Assembly: GCA_965261735.1 (NCBI GenBank) | Contig: OZ253470.1 | Location: forward strand, 4,672,001 to 4,736,000 | Reading direction: 5' to 3' | DNA: 64,000 nt | Origin: Alphaproteobacteria bacterium | Lineage (GTDB): Bacteria; Pseudomonadota; Alphaproteobacteria; SHVV01 | Shown here: one piece after another, positions 11,901-22,622 of the stretch | Layout of the letters: each line of letters opens with the position of its first letter | Position numbering within the stretch: the first letter of the stretch is position 1 | Notes under the pieces: model-generated | Databases searched by the model: none | Told to the model about the DNA's origin: nothing | Seen by the model: only the letters and a program-made list of their open reading frames with translations | Made by a program: the position numbers and the translations under genes

Positions 11901-12644
11901 GGGGCCCCGCCTGAGGAGGCGGCGCGGCGCGCGGCCTACCGGGTGTTCGGCGCCAAGCCCGGCGCCTATGGTGCCGGGCTCCAGGCCCTGATCGACGAGC
12001 GCGGTTGGGAGAGCGAGGCGGATTTGGCCCGCGCCTACGTCGCCTGGGGCGGCTACGCCTACGCGCCCGGCGTCGAGGGCGCGGCCGAGCACGCGCTGTT
12101 CGAGAGCCGGCTCGGTGCCGTCGACGCGGTGCTGCACAACCAGGACAATCGCGAGCACGATCTCCTCGATTCCGACGACTACTACCAGTTCGAGGGTGGC
12201 ATGACGGCTGCGGTGCGGGTCCTTTCCGGGGCCCAACCGGTGACCTACCACAACGACCACTCGCGCCCCGAGAGTCCCAAGATCCGGACGCTTCAGGAGG
12301 AGGTTGGGCGAATCGTCCGCGGCCGTGTCATCAACCCCAAGTGGATCCGCGGGGTCATGCGCCACGGCTATAAGGGTGGCTGCGAAATGGCGGCCACCGT
12401 CGACTACCTCTTCGCCTTCGCCGCCACCGCGCGCGCCGTCACGGACGCGCATTTCGATGCGGTGTACGCGGCCTATCTGGAGGACGCGGAGGTGCGCGCG
12501 TTCCTCCAGGCCAACAACCCGAGCGCCGCCCGCGAGATGGCGGAGCGCTTGTTGGAAGCGGAAGAACGCGGCCTATGGCACCCGCGCGCCAATGCCGCTC
12601 ACGGCGACCTGACCGCGCTCGCGACAGGCGAGGGGGCGGGATGA
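8907..12644 (+). CDS. cobN: Cobaltochelatase subunit CobN
   Basis: MHLLAAQPG start, HMGKHGNLEWLPGK, LPTGRNFY, DSDDYYQFEGG; 1245 aa. Confidence 0.97.
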   Translation: MHLLAAQPGFISDGGGVVDLAQTPGDIVILSAADTELACLAAARSRLGESFPSVRLANVLHLTHNLSVDLYVDSVVQGASLVIVRLLGGAGYWPYGVEQLCEACDRHDVALALLPGDDQPDAELKGLSNVPSDAYHRLWQYCVHGGPGNAGGLLAYAASLVGHDADWREPVPLLRAGLYWPGCDRPSLDRVRAEWSAAAPIAALVFYRAHYQAANLAPVDALIEALRDHGLNPLPVYVGSLKDALAAEILTALLEEAKPDVVLNTTGFAVSSPGRARTPTPFDGAGCPVIQTIFSGGNEAAWEEGSAGLSARDIAMNMALPEVDGRIVGRAVSFKAEARYDRATEISLGAYAARDDRIAFTAALAANWALLARTPPSERRVALILANYPNRDGRLANGVGLDTPAGTINVLRALAGAGYGVGPIPADGNALIERLQQGPTNDRRRARHGGAELSLDDYRAFFATLPESARRAVSERWGAPETDPFVTGDAFHLAVLELSNVIVGIQPARGYNIDPQATYHDAALVPPHGYLAFYAWLRGPFSAHAIVHMGKHGNLEWLPGKSLALSAGCFPEAAFGPLPHLYPFIVNDPGEGTQAKRRAQAVIIDHLTPPLTRAESYGPLSDLEHLIDEYYEAAGLDPRRLGVLRDDILDLTRAIGLDQDCGIARADEDQVALAKLDNYLCEIKELQIRDGLHIFGEAPAGAQLVDLLVALTRLPREDAKGANASLLRALASDLGLDRFDPLDCPMGAPWTGPRPEVLASGVAWRTQGDTVERLEHLAGALVAGEVEAAPAWAASRAVLDGIESNLRPAVEACASAEIDGMLTGLDGRFVPPGPSGAPTRGRLDVLPTGRNFYSIDTRTVPTPTAWLLGWKSATLLLERYRQEHGGWPASMALSAWGTANMRTGGDDIAQALALMGVRPTWDGASRRVTGFEIMPLGVLDRPRIDVTLRVSGFFRDAFPAQIDLFDSAVRAVAALDEPPAANPLRVRVADEAARLVASGAPPEEAARRAAYRVFGAKPGAYGAGLQALIDERGWESEADLARAYVAWGGYAYAPGVEGAAEHALFESRLGAVDAVLHNQDNREHDLLDSDDYYQFEGGMTAAVRVLSGAQPVTYHNDHSRPESPKIRTLQEEVGRIVRGRVINPKWIRGVMRHGYKGGCEMAATVDYLFAFAATARAVTDAHFDAVYAAYLEDAEVRAFLQANNPSAAREMAERLLEAEERGLWHPRANAAHGDLTALATGEGAG

Positions 12645-13273
12645 GCACGCCGAGCGAGCACGAGATCAATGCGCGCGCCAACGAGAAGGCGCGCAAGCGC
12701 AAGGCGGCGCGCGCCAAGATCCTCGCCACCAAGACGATCGAAAAGGGTCTGATGATCGTCCACACGGGCAAGGGCAAGGGCAAGTCGACGGCCGCCTTCG
12801 GTCTCGCGATGAGAGCGCTCGGCAACGGCATGCGGGTCGGCATCGTGCAGTTCGTGAAGGGTAAATGGGAGACGGGCGAGCGCAAGGTACTCGAGCGCTT
12901 CCCGGATCAGGTGACGATCCGCACGATGGGCGAGGGCTTCACCTGGGAGACCCAGGACCGCGCGCGTGACATCGCCGCGGCGCAGGCGGCGTGGGCCGCG
13001 TCCAAGGAGATGATCGAGGCATGCCGGGGCGCCGAGCCGGCCTACGACATGATCGTCCTCGACGAGCTCAACATCGTGCTGCGCTACGACTACCTGCCGC
13101 TCGACGAAATCGTCGCGTTCCTCGCGGCAAAGCCGCCCGATCTCCATGTCGTGGTGACCGGGCGCAATGCCAAGCCGGCGCTCCTCGAGGCGGCCGACCT
13201 GGTAACCGAGATGACGATGGTCAAGCACCCCTTCACCGTGGGCGTCAAGGCGCAGCGAGGCATCGAGTTTTGA
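12641..13273 (+). CDS. cobO: Cob(I)yrinic acid a,c-diamide adenosyltransferase
   Basis: [29 protein letters not shown]; ATGA overlap with cobN. Confidence 0.95.
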   Translation: MSTPSEHEINARANEKARKRKAARAKILATKTIEKGLMIVHTGKGKGKSTAAFGLAMRALGNGMRVGIVQFVKGKWETGERKVLERFPDQVTIRTMGEGFTWETQDRARDIAAAQAAWAASKEMIEACRGAEPAYDMIVLDELNIVLRYDYLPLDEIVAFLAAKPPDLHVVVTGRNAKPALLEAADLVTEMTMVKHPFTVGVKAQRGIEF

Positions 13274-14736
13274 ATCCGGCGGCGCTGATGCTGCAGGGCA
13301 CGGGCTCGGACGTCGGCAAGTCCGTGCTCGCGGCCGGCCTCGGCCGTGCCTATGCGCGCCGCGGCCTGCGTGTGCGTCCGTTCAAGCCGCAGAACATGTC
13401 CAACAACGCGGCCGTCACGGCCGACGGCGGCGAGATTGGGCGCGCCCAGGCGCTGCAGGCGCGGGCCTGCGGCGTGCCGCCGAGCAGCGACATGAATCCG
13501 GTGCTGCTCAAGCCGCAGAGCGAGGTCGGGGCGCAGCTCATCGTTCAGGGGCGGCTCGTCGGCAACGCCGATGCCGCCCACTATCACGACCTCAAGCGCT
13601 CGCTCCTGCCTAAGGTACTCGAGAGCTTCACGCGGCTCGGTGAGGAAGCCGACCTGATCGTGGTCGAGGGCGCCGGAAGCTGCGCCGAAGTGAATCTGCG
13701 CGAAGGCGATATCGCCAACATGGGCTTCGCCGAGGCCGCGGGCGTGCCCGTGGTGCTGATCGGCGACATCGACCGCGGCGGCGTGATCGCCAGTCTCGTG
13801 GGCACGTGCGCGCTTCTAAGCGAGGCCGAGAGGGCGCGGCTCGCCGGTTTTATCGTCAACAAATTTCGCGGCGATGCCGCCATGTTCGCGGCCGGCCTGA
13901 CTGAAATCGGCGCGCGGACCGGTTTGCCGAGCCTCGGCCTCGTACCCTACTTCGAGCGCGCCAATCGTCTCCCGGCCGAGGACGCGGTGGCGCTGTCCCG
14001 GTTTGTCCGCCCGGCCAATGGCGCCATCCATATCGCCGTGCCGATGCTCTCGCGCATCGCCAATTTCGACGACCTCGATCCGCTCGCGGCCGAGCCCGAC
14101 GTGGCGCTCGACATGGTACCGGCGGGCCGCGCCCTGCCGGGTAATGCCGACCTCATCGTGGTGCCGGGGTCGAAGGCGACGCTGGTCGACCTCGGGTTCC
14201 TGCGTGCCCAGGGTTGGGACGTCGATATCGCCGCGCACATCCGCCGCGGCGGCGCCGTGCTCGGTATCTGCGCCGGCTACCAGATGCTCGGGCGCCGGAT
14301 CGCCGATCCCGCCGGCATCGAGGGTGCACCCGGCGATGCCGAGGGGCTCGGGTGGCTAGACGTCGAGACCGAGCTTACCGGCACCAAGACGCTCGCCCCC
14401 GTCGCCGGCCTTGAGATCGCCAGCGGAGAGCCGGTATCGGGGTATGCCATGCACGTCGGGTGCACTCTGGGGCGCGATGCGGAGCGGCCTATGTTCCGGC
14501 TCGCGGGCGCCGAGGGCGGTGCGACCTCGCCCGACGGTCGTATCCAGGGCTGTATGATCCACGGCCTTTTTTCATCGGACCGCTTTCGCGGTGCCTTTCT
14601 CGCCCGGCTCGGCACGCGCGCACCGAGCGGCGTCGCCTACGAGGCCGAGCTGGACGCCGTGCTCGATGACCTCGCCAGCCATCTCGAGCGCCATGTCGCG
14701 CTCGATCGACTCCTGGAGGTCGCTCGTGCCGGCTGA
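13270..14736 (+). CDS. cobQ: Cobyric acid synthase
   Basis: [30 protein letters not shown]; TTG start overlapping the cobO stop (ATG 13288 is an alternative). Confidence 0.93.
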   Translation: MNPAALMLQGTGSDVGKSVLAAGLGRAYARRGLRVRPFKPQNMSNNAAVTADGGEIGRAQALQARACGVPPSSDMNPVLLKPQSEVGAQLIVQGRLVGNADAAHYHDLKRSLLPKVLESFTRLGEEADLIVVEGAGSCAEVNLREGDIANMGFAEAAGVPVVLIGDIDRGGVIASLVGTCALLSEAERARLAGFIVNKFRGDAAMFAAGLTEIGARTGLPSLGLVPYFERANRLPAEDAVALSRFVRPANGAIHIAVPMLSRIANFDDLDPLAAEPDVALDMVPAGRALPGNADLIVVPGSKATLVDLGFLRAQGWDVDIAAHIRRGGAVLGICAGYQMLGRRIADPAGIEGAPGDAEGLGWLDVETELTGTKTLAPVAGLEIASGEPVSGYAMHVGCTLGRDAERPMFRLAGAEGGATSPDGRIQGCMIHGLFSSDRFRGAFLARLGTRAPSGVAYEAELDAVLDDLASHLERHVALDRLLEVARAG

Positions 14737-14740
14737 GGGG

Positions 14741-15736
14741 CTATTTGACCAGCAGCAGGGCCGCGACCGACAGCGCGAGGGCGGCCCCGGCGGCGCGATA
14801 CAGGGTCAACGCCGCACGGATGTCGTCCGCCGTGGCATCGCGCCGGCCGCCGCCGATCCACGCGTCGTCGCGGCTGATCCCGTCGTAGCTGCGCGGACCC
14901 GCGAGCGCCACGTCGAGCGCACCGGCCATCGCCCCTTCCGGCCAGCCCGCATTGGGCGAGGCGTGCTGGCGCGCGGCCTTGAACATGACCTGGAAAGCCC
15001 GCTTGCCGTCGAAGTCCGGCAACACGTACGCGGCGAGCGCGATCAGCCGGCCGGCAATGCGCGCCGGCACCCAGTTGGCGACGTCGTCCGCGCGTGCCGC
15101 GGCACGGCCGAACGCCTCGTGGCGCGGCGTGCGATAGCCGATCATGCTGTCCATCGTGTTGACGGCCTTGTAGGCGAGGAGGCCAGGGAGCCCGAGCACG
15201 ACGTACCAGAACACCGGCGCGACGACGCCGTCGGAAAAACTCTCGGCCAGGCTTTCGATCGATGCCCGCGCGACGCCGTGGCTATCGAGCGTGTCCGGGT
15301 CGCGGCCGACGATGTGGCTCACGGCCTCGCGTCCCCCGGCGAGCGACGCCGGCAGCGCCGCCGCCACGGCGCGAACGCGGTCGTCGAGCGTACGGAATGC
15401 GATCAGGCTACTCACGAGCGCCGCCTCGACCAACCATCCCTGCGGCAGCTCGCGCAGCCCGTAGCCCGCCCCCCATCCCACGGCAAAGGCACCCGCGATT
15501 ATGGCCATCGTGGACGTAGCGCCGAGCCGCGCCCGTGCATCCTCGCTGAGGAGCGGCCTGTTCCAGCGCGCCTCGACAAACGCAATCAGGCGGCCGAGGA
15601 TCTCGACCGGATGCGGCACCCACCGATACAGCCAAGCCGGATCGCCGACGACCGCGTCGATCGCCATCGCCAGCAGCAGCACGAGAAGCGGGTCCGGCGT
15701 TTCGGCGTAGACGGGGAACCCGGGGTTGAACAGCAT
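14741..15736 (-). CDS. cobD: Adenosylcobinamide-phosphate synthase (CobD/CbiB)
   Basis: HPV, ESLAESFSDGVVAP, YKAVNTMDSMIG, SPNAGWPEGAMAGAL. Confidence 0.93.
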   Translation of the reverse strand: MLFNPGFPVYAETPDPLLVLLLAMAIDAVVGDPAWLYRWVPHPVEILGRLIAFVEARWNRPLLSEDARARLGATSTMAIIAGAFAVGWGAGYGLRELPQGWLVEAALVSSLIAFRTLDDRVRAVAAALPASLAGGREAVSHIVGRDPDTLDSHGVARASIESLAESFSDGVVAPVFWYVVLGLPGLLAYKAVNTMDSMIGYRTPRHEAFGRAAARADDVANWVPARIAGRLIALAAYVLPDFDGKRAFQVMFKAARQHASPNAGWPEGAMAGALDVALAGPRSYDGISRDDAWIGGGRRDATADDIRAALTLYRAAGAALALSVAALLLVK

Positions 15737-15819
15737 CGCGCAAGAATGGTCGCGGCGGCGGCGCCGGTCAACGCCGGTACCGGCAGGGGCGCAGGCCAGC
15801 ACGAGCACGGGGGCAGAGG

Positions 15820-16812
15820 ATGACGCGGACGGGGATCATGGTGTGCGGCCACGGCAGTCGCGACGTCGATGCGGTGCGCGAGTTCGAGGCGGTCGCCCGC
15901 GGCATGGGCGAACGGCTCCCCGAGTACGATGTCGATAGTGGCTTTCTCGAGTTCGCGCGGCCCGTGATTCGTGACGGGCTCGATGCCCTGCGAGAGCGGG
16001 GATGCCCGCGCATCCTGGCGATACCCGGCATGCTGTTCGCGGCCGGCCACGCCAAGAACGACATCCCCGCCGTGCTCAACGCCTACGCCGCCGAGCACGG
16101 CATCGACATCCGCTACGGCCGTGACCTCGGGATCGATCTCAAGCTCCTCAGGGCTGCCGGCGAGCGTATCGAAGAGGCCCTCGCGGGCGGCAGCAACGGC
16201 GTCGCGCGCCACGATACCCTGCTGATGGTGGTGGGCCGCGGCGCTTCCGATCCCGACCACAATGGCAACGTGGCCAAGGTCTGCCGCCTGTTGTGGGAGG
16301 GCATGGGCTTCGGCTGGGCCGAGACCGCTTATTCCGGCCTTACCTTCCCTGTGGTCGAGCCCGCTCTGGAGCACGCCGCCAAGCTCGGCTACCGGCGCAT
16401 CGTGGTGTTTCCCTACTTTTTGTTCACCGGCCGCCTCGTCAAGCGCATCTACGCCCACACCGACCAGGTCGCCGCACGCCACCCCGACATCGAATTCCTC
16501 AAGGCGCCCTACCTCAACGACCACCCCCTGGTACTCGATGCGTTCGCCGAGCGGGTGCGGGAGATCCTCGACGGCACCAACAACATGAATTGCCAGCTGT
16601 GCAAGTATCGCGAGCAGCTCCTGGGGTTCGAGGACGAGGTCGGCGCCCCGCAGATGAGCCACCACCACCACGCCGAGGGCGCCGGCACGGATGCCGATGA
16701 GGCGGCCACGCCTCACCACCACGGCCACGCGCACGCTCATCATCATCCCTATCCGCAGGCCGACCACCCGCTCGGCCCGCGCAGCATGGCGCGGCCCACG
16801 GGCGAGGACTGA
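15820..16812 (+). CDS. cbiX: Long-form CbiX chelatase family protein with MxCxxC motif and His-rich tail
   Basis: CGHGSR, AAGHAKNDIP, GRGASDP, PYFLFTG, MNCQLCKY, HHHH-rich C-terminus. Confidence 0.88.
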   Translation: MTRTGIMVCGHGSRDVDAVREFEAVARGMGERLPEYDVDSGFLEFARPVIRDGLDALRERGCPRILAIPGMLFAAGHAKNDIPAVLNAYAAEHGIDIRYGRDLGIDLKLLRAAGERIEEALAGGSNGVARHDTLLMVVGRGASDPDHNGNVAKVCRLLWEGMGFGWAETAYSGLTFPVVEPALEHAAKLGYRRIVVFPYFLFTGRLVKRIYAHTDQVAARHPDIEFLKAPYLNDHPLVLDAFAERVREILDGTNNMNCQLCKYREQLLGFEDEVGAPQMSHHHHAEGAGTDADEAATPHHHGHAHAHHHPYPQADHPLGPRSMARPTGED

Positions 16813-17435
16813 TGTTCGACTACCTGCGCGACCCCGAGGAGATCTATCGCCGATCCTTCGCGATCGTGCGTGCCGAGACCAATCTCCCTGACTGGCCCAC
16901 CGACATCGCCGCCATCGCCCGGCGCCTCACCCACGCCTGCGGCATGCCCGACATCGTGGCCGACCTCGCCTGGTCCGTGGATGCGGCGTCCGCGGGCCGC
17001 GCCGCGCTCGCGCGAGGCGCGCCGGTGCTGTGCGATGCGCGCATGGTGGTCGCGGGCATTGCGCAGAATCGGCTGCCTCGCGCCAATGCGGTGCTCTGCC
17101 GCCTCGACGGCGTGGCCTCCGGCGCATCCGCGCCCCGGGCGATGACACGTTCGGCGGCCGCCGTGGAGCTGTGGCGCGGCGACCTCGACGGCGCCGTGGT
17201 CGCCATCGGTAATGCACCGACCGCGCTCTTCCGGTTGATCGAGCTGATGGCCGAGGGCGCGCCCAAGCCCGCCGCGATCTTCGCCTTCCCCGTCGGCTTC
17301 GTCGGCGCGGCCGAAGCCAAGGAGGCGTTGATCGCGACCGGTGAGGTGCCCTTCATGACGCTGAGGGGGCGCCGCGGCGGCAGTGCCCTGGCGGCCGCCG
17401 CGATCAACGCACTGGCGGCCGGCGATGACCGATGA
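16812..17435 (+). CDS. cobH: Precorrin-8X methylmutase (CobH/CbiC)
   Basis: IYRRSFAIV, TRSAAAV, IGNAPTAL, PVGFVGAAEAK, GRRGGS. Confidence 0.95.
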   Translation: MFDYLRDPEEIYRRSFAIVRAETNLPDWPTDIAAIARRLTHACGMPDIVADLAWSVDAASAGRAALARGAPVLCDARMVVAGIAQNRLPRANAVLCRLDGVASGASAPRAMTRSAAAVELWRGDLDGAVVAIGNAPTALFRLIELMAEGAPKPAAIFAFPVGFVGAAEAKEALIATGEVPFMTLRGRRGGSALAAAAINALAAGDDR

Positions 17436-18628
17436 GCAAATGGCTCGGCATCGTCGGGATCGGCGAGGACGGGCTCGATGCGCTGGCGCCGGTGGCGCGC
17501 GCGATGGTTGAGTCGGCCGAGGTTCTCGTCGGCGGCGCGCGTCATCTCGCGATGGTGCCGGAAGATGGACGCGAGCGCCTGACCTGGTCGACACCCCTGT
17601 CGCGCGTGGTCGACGACGTGACCCGGCGCCGCGGCCAACGGGTGTGCGTGCTGGCGACCGGGGATCCGATGTGCTTCGGCGTCGGCGTAACCTTGGCCAA
17701 GCACGTGCCGATCGGCGAGCTCACGATCATCCCAGCGCCGTCGGCTTTCGGAATGGCATGCGCGCGGCTCGGCTGGCCGCTCGCCGAGGTCGAGACGCTG
17801 ACGCTGCACGGCCGTCCGCTCGATCTCGTCCACCTCTACATCAATCCCGGCGCCCGGCTCCTGATCCTGGCCAACGATGGCGACACGCCGGCGCAGGTCG
17901 CCGCCACCCTGTCGCGGCTCGGCTACGGCAATAGCCGGCTCGTCGTTCTCGAGCACATGGGTGGAGCCGCGGAAAGAACCGTCGAGGGCCGCGCGAACAC
18001 CTGGGCCGGGCGCGCCGCCGACTTCCACACCCTCGCGGTCGAGTGTGTGGCCGGGGCAGGGGCCGTGGTGCGCCCACGCGTTCCCGGGCTCCCGGACGAG
18101 GCCTTCGCCAACGACGGCCAGCTGACCAAGCGCGAGGTGCGGGCGGTGACGCTCGCCGCGTTGGCGCCCCTGCCGCGCGCCCTGCTGTGGGACGTCGGCG
18201 CGGGCGCGGGCTCGGTGGCCATCGAATGGATGCGCGCGGGCGGCGACGCCATCGCCATCGAAGGCGACGCCCTACGCGCCCGCACCATCGCCGACAACGC
18301 GGCCGCCCTCGGGGTGCCGAACCTGCGGATCGTCACCGGGGCTGCGCCGGCCGCGCTCGAAGGCCTCGATCCGCCCGACGCGGTCTTCGTTGGTGGTGGC
18401 CTGACGTCCGAGGGGCTGCTCGAGGCGTGCTGGCGCGCCCTCAAGCCGGCGGGCCGGCTCGTCGCCAACGCGGTCACCCTCGAGGGCGAACAGGTGCTGG
18501 CCGAGTGGCGCGCGCGCGTGGGCGGCGAACTCACGCGCATCGCCCTATCCCGCGCCGGCCCGATCGGCGGCCACACCGCGTGGCGGCCGATGCTGCCGAT
18601 CACGCAGTGGACGGCGCACAAACCATGA
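17432..18628 (+). CDS. cobL: Precorrin-6Y C5,15-methyltransferase, decarboxylating (CobL, CbiE-CbiT fusion)
   Basis: GIGEDG, LATGDPM, QLTKREVR, LWDVGAGAGSV, NAVTLE. Confidence 0.94.
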   Translation: MSKWLGIVGIGEDGLDALAPVARAMVESAEVLVGGARHLAMVPEDGRERLTWSTPLSRVVDDVTRRRGQRVCVLATGDPMCFGVGVTLAKHVPIGELTIIPAPSAFGMACARLGWPLAEVETLTLHGRPLDLVHLYINPGARLLILANDGDTPAQVAATLSRLGYGNSRLVVLEHMGGAAERTVEGRANTWAGRAADFHTLAVECVAGAGAVVRPRVPGLPDEAFANDGQLTKREVRAVTLAALAPLPRALLWDVGAGAGSVAIEWMRAGGDAIAIEGDALRARTIADNAAALGVPNLRIVTGAAPAALEGLDPPDAVFVGGGLTSEGLLEACWRALKPAGRLVANAVTLEGEQVLAEWRARVGGELTRIALSRAGPIGGHTAWRPMLPITQWTAHKP

Positions 18629-19329
18629 CCGGCAGGCTCTACGGTCTCGGGATCGGCCCCGGCGATCCCGAGCTCATCACGCTGAAGGCCCTGAAGCGCC
18701 TACGTGCCGCGCCCGTCATCGCCTATCCCGCGCCGCTCGCGGGCGACAGCCTGGCGCGCGCCATTGCCGCGCCGCACCTGCCCGGCGAACAGATGGAAAT
18801 CGCTATCCGCATGCCGATGGTAGCGGCACGCTTTCCGGCTCGCGAGGTCTACGATGACGCCGCGCGGCGCATTGGCGAACACCTCGCGGCGGGGCGCGAC
18901 GTCGCCGCGCTGTGCGAAGGTGACCCGTTCTTCTACGGCTCATTCATGTACCTCTTTGGGCGCCTTGCCGAGCGGTACCCTGTGGAGGTCGTGCCGGGGG
19001 TATCCTCCCTCACGGCCGCCGCCGCGGTCCTCGGCGCGCCCTTGGCCGCGCGCAACGATGCGCTGTCGGTACTGCCGGCGCCGCTCGGCGAGACCGAGCT
19101 GGTCAAGCGCCTCGAGGCGGTCGAGGCCGCCGCCATCATCAAGGTGGGCAAGCACATTGGCGGGGTGCGGCGGGCGCTGCGCACGCTCGGGCTCGAGGGT
19201 CGCGCCCGCTATGTCGAGCACGCGACCATGGCGAGCCAGCGCATCGTGCCGCTGTCGGAGGTCGACGAGGGCGCCGCCCCCTACTTCTCCATGGTGCTCG
19301 TACACCGTCGTGGCGACGCCTGGTCGTGA
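18625..19329 (+). CDS. cobI: Precorrin-2 C20-methyltransferase (CobI/CbiL)
   Basis: GIGPGDPELITLKA, EGDPFFYGSF, PYFS; ATGA overlap with cobL. Confidence 0.95.
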   Translation: MTGRLYGLGIGPGDPELITLKALKRLRAAPVIAYPAPLAGDSLARAIAAPHLPGEQMEIAIRMPMVAARFPAREVYDDAARRIGEHLAAGRDVAALCEGDPFFYGSFMYLFGRLAERYPVEVVPGVSSLTAAAAVLGAPLAARNDALSVLPAPLGETELVKRLEAVEAAAIIKVGKHIGGVRRALRTLGLEGRARYVEHATMASQRIVPLSEVDEGAAPYFSMVLVHRRGDAWS

Positions 19330-21125
19330 AGCCGGTGCCGGCAATCCTCGTTCTCGGCCCGAGCGGGCTCGACACGGCTCGGCGTATCGCGACCGTATTG
19401 CCGGGAGCGAAGCTGCATGGGGTGGTGAGCCGGGTGGCTGCGGATGTCGCGGTCGCTTCGGTGGCGCCACACGTGCGCGCGCTTTTCGAGGCGGGGACGC
19501 CGATCATCGGCGTGTGCGCGGCCGGCGTGCTGATCCGTGCACTGGCGCCCGTGCTCGCCGATAAGCGGCGCGAGCCTGCGGTCGTCGCCGTCGCCGAGGA
19601 TGGCAGCGTCGCGATTCCGCTCCTCGGCGGCCACGGCGGCGCCAACGATCTCGCGCGCGCCATCGCCAGCGCGCTCGGCGCTAGCGCCGCCATCACCACC
19701 GCTGGGGATCTTCGTTTCGGCGTCGCCCTCGACACGCCTCCCCAAGGCTGGCACCTCGCCAACCCTGACGACGTGAAGGCCTTCAGCAGCGCGCTCCTTG
19801 CCGGTGCCCGGGTCCGCATCGAGGGGGCCGCGCCGTGGCTCGCAGCAAGCGACCTGCCGTTCGCGGACGGGGCCGAGCTGTGTTTGACGATCGGCACCGA
19901 AGTGGCCCGCGGTGGCGCCGCCAACCTCGTCTACCATCCGCGCTCGCTCGCCGTGGGCGTGGGCTGCGAGAGCGGTGCCGATCCGGGCGAGCTCATCGCC
20001 CTGGTGCACCGCGTGCTCGACGAGGCGGGGTTGGCGGAAGCTTCGGTCGCCGGGGTCTTTTCGCTCGATCTGAAGGCCGACGAGCCCGCCGTTCACCAGG
20101 CGGCGGCAGCGCTCGGTGTCGGCGCGCGGTTCTTCGCCGCCGCCGAACTGGAAGCGCTGACGCCGCGCCTCGCCAACCCCTCGCCGGCCGTCTACCGCGC
20201 GGTCGGCTGCCACGGCGTCGCCGAGGCCGCGGCCCTGGCCGCCGTGGGCGAGGAGGGGAGGCTCGTCGTTACCAAAACCAAGTCCGCCCGCGCGACCTGC
20301 GCCGTCGCGTGGGCACCGCACGTGATCGAGGCCGTGGCGCGCGGTCGGGCGCGCGGGTCGCTGGCGGTCGTCGGTATTGGGCCGGGCGATGCGCGATGGC
20401 GGACCTTCGAGGCCGAGGCGGCGCTCGCCGCCGCCACCGACGTCGTCGGCTACGGCGCCTACCTCGACCTCGTCGACCTGCCCGGCAAGAGCCTGCACGC
20501 GTTCGCTCTAGGCGAGGAGGAAGCGCGGGTCAGGTGCGCCCTCGACCTCGCCGCAAGAGGCCGCGCGGTCGCCCTGGTCTCCTCCGGCGATGCCGGCATC
20601 TACGCCATGGCGGCCCTTGTCTTCGAGCTCTGGGAGCGCGAGGAGCGGCCCGAGTGGCGGCGGGTCGCGATTTCCGTTTGCCCTGGCATATCGGCCCTGC
20701 AGGCGGCCGCAGCCCGTGCCGGCGCACCGCTCGGCCATGATTTCTGTACGATTTCGCTATCCGATCTGCTGACGCCGTGGCCCGAGATCGAGCGGCGCCT
20801 GGTCGCGGCGGCGACCGGCGATTTCGTGGTGGCGCTGTTCAACCCGGCTTCGCGGCGGCGCTTCTGGCAGCTCGCGCGGGCGCGCGACATCCTGCTGAGC
20901 CACCGCGCGCCGCAAACGCCGGTTGTGCTCGCACGCAATCTCGGCCGCACCGGCGAAACCGTGAGGGTAACGGCGCTCGGCGATCTGACGGGGGAAGACG
21001 CCGACATGCTGACGCTCGTGCTCGTCGGTTCCTCGACGACGCGGCGCGCGGCCGGTCGCCACGATACATGGGTTTACACGCCGCGCGGCTATGCCTCCAG
21101 GATCAAGCCGGAGGACGCGGCCTGA
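19326..21125 (+). CDS. cobJ: CbiG-CobJ fusion (CbiG-like domains plus precorrin-3B C17-methyltransferase)
   Basis: N-half [26 protein letters not shown]; C-half [36 protein letters not shown]. Confidence 0.92.
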   Translation: MKPVPAILVLGPSGLDTARRIATVLPGAKLHGVVSRVAADVAVASVAPHVRALFEAGTPIIGVCAAGVLIRALAPVLADKRREPAVVAVAEDGSVAIPLLGGHGGANDLARAIASALGASAAITTAGDLRFGVALDTPPQGWHLANPDDVKAFSSALLAGARVRIEGAAPWLAASDLPFADGAELCLTIGTEVARGGAANLVYHPRSLAVGVGCESGADPGELIALVHRVLDEAGLAEASVAGVFSLDLKADEPAVHQAAAALGVGARFFAAAELEALTPRLANPSPAVYRAVGCHGVAEAAALAAVGEEGRLVVTKTKSARATCAVAWAPHVIEAVARGRARGSLAVVGIGPGDARWRTFEAEAALAAATDVVGYGAYLDLVDLPGKSLHAFALGEEEARVRCALDLAARGRAVALVSSGDAGIYAMAALVFELWEREERPEWRRVAISVCPGISALQAAAARAGAPLGHDFCTISLSDLLTPWPEIERRLVAAATGDFVVALFNPASRRRFWQLARARDILLSHRAPQTPVVLARNLGRTGETVRVTALGDLTGEDADMLTLVLVGSSTTRRAAGRHDTWVYTPRGYASRIKPEDAA

Positions 21126-21892
21126 CCGTCCACTTCATCGGGGCCGGCCCGGGTGCCGTCGATCTCATCACCGTGCGCGGGCGCGACCTGATCCGGCGCT
21201 CGCCGGTATGCCTCTACGCTGGCTCCCTAGTGCCCGAGGCCATCGTGGCCGAAGCGCCCGAGCGTGCGCGCGTGATCGACACCGCACCTCTCACGCTCGA
21301 TGAAATCATTAGCGAGATGGCGGCCGCGGCCGAAGCCGGCCTCAATGTCGCCCGGGTGCACTCGGGCGACCCGAGCCTCTACGGGGCCATCGGCGAGCAG
21401 ATGCGCCGGCTCGATTTACTCGGCATCGGCTACGACATCACGCCCGGCGTGCCGGCCTATACCGCCGCGGCGGCCGCGCTCGGGGTCGAGCTCACTTTGC
21501 CCGAGGTGAGCCAGACGGTCGTGCTAACGCGAACGTCGATGGCGAGCTCGCCCATGCCGCCAGGCGAGGAACTTGCCGTTCTGGCCGCCTCGCGATCGAC
21601 GCTCGCCATTCACCTGTCGATCCGCAACCTCAAGAAAGTCGTCACGGAATTGCTGCCGTTCTATGGCGCGGACTGCCCGGTCGCCGTCGTCCATCGCGCG
21701 AGTTGGCCGGACCAGCGCATCCTGCGCGCAACCCTCGCCGATATCCAACGCGAGGTTCGCGCCGCCAAGATCACGCGCACCGCCCTCATTCTCGTGGGCC
21801 GGGTGCTGGCGGCGTGTGACTTCACCGATAGCCGGCTTTACGACCCGCGGCATGCCCATCTGATGCGGCCGCGCCGAGGCGCTCGGCGATAG
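21122..21892 (+). CDS. cobM: Precorrin-4 C11-methyltransferase (CobM/CbiF), apparent CTG start
   Basis: [36 protein letters not shown]. Confidence 0.93.
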   Translation: MTVHFIGAGPGAVDLITVRGRDLIRRSPVCLYAGSLVPEAIVAEAPERARVIDTAPLTLDEIISEMAAAAEAGLNVARVHSGDPSLYGAIGEQMRRLDLLGIGYDITPGVPAYTAAAAALGVELTLPEVSQTVVLTRTSMASSPMPPGEELAVLAASRSTLAIHLSIRNLKKVVTELLPFYGADCPVAVVHRASWPDQRILRATLADIQREVRAAKITRTALILVGRVLAACDFTDSRLYDPRHAHLMRPRRGARR

Positions 21893-22622
21893 CGGCCACC
21901 GCCCCGTCGACGTCGGCGACGCTTTCGCCCGCGGGTGCCGGCGGGCGCGCGATCATGATGACCGGGAGATGCGCCTCGCGCGCCGCCGCGATCTTGGCGT
22001 AGGTCGCGGACCCACCGCTGTTCTTGCTCACGAGTCCGGTGATGCGGTGTGCCGCGAGCAGCGCCCTTTCGCCCTCGAGCGTGAAGGGGCCGCGGCCGAG
22101 AATGAGCCGGTGGTGGGCGGGCGCCACCGGCGTCTCCGGCGGCTCGATCAGGCGGACCAGGAACCAGGCCGAATCGATGGTGGCGAACGGTGCTAACTCC
22201 TGGCGTCCAAGCGAGAGAAAGACACGCGCGCCGGCCTCAGCCACGCGAAGCGCTGCCGCGGCCGCATCCGGCACCTCGATCCAGCGATCGCCCGGCTCGC
22301 GCGGCCACGGCGGGCGGCACAGCGTCAGCCGGGGTACACGCGTCGCCGCGCACGCCGCCTCGGCATTGGCCGAAATGGTCGTCGCGAAGGGATGGGTCGC
22401 ATCGACGAGCAGATCGGTGCGCTGTTCGCGCAGGTACGCAGCTAAGCCCTCCGCGCCCTGGAAGCCCCCGACGCGCACCGAGCCGGCGAGCCGGCTCGGT
22501 GCGCGGGTGCGCCCCGCGAGCGACGAGGTAACCGCGATCGCGGGCTGCGCCGCCGCCCACGCCGCCAGCGCGGCGGCTTCCGCGGTGCCGCCAAGGATCA
22601 ACACCCGGAGCGGCTCAGCCAT
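21822..22622 (-). CDS. cobK: Precorrin-6A reductase (CobK/CbiJ)
   Basis: [27 protein letters not shown]. Confidence 0.93.
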   Translation of the reverse strand: MAEPLRVLILGGTAEAAALAAWAAAQPAIAVTSSLAGRTRAPSRLAGSVRVGGFQGAEGLAAYLREQRTDLLVDATHPFATTISANAEAACAATRVPRLTLCRPPWPREPGDRWIEVPDAAAAALRVAEAGARVFLSLGRQELAPFATIDSAWFLVRLIEPPETPVAPAHHRLILGRGPFTLEGERALLAAHRITGLVSKNSGGSATYAKIAAAREAHLPVIMIARPPAPAGESVADVDGAVAAIAERLGAAASDGHAAGRKAGYR

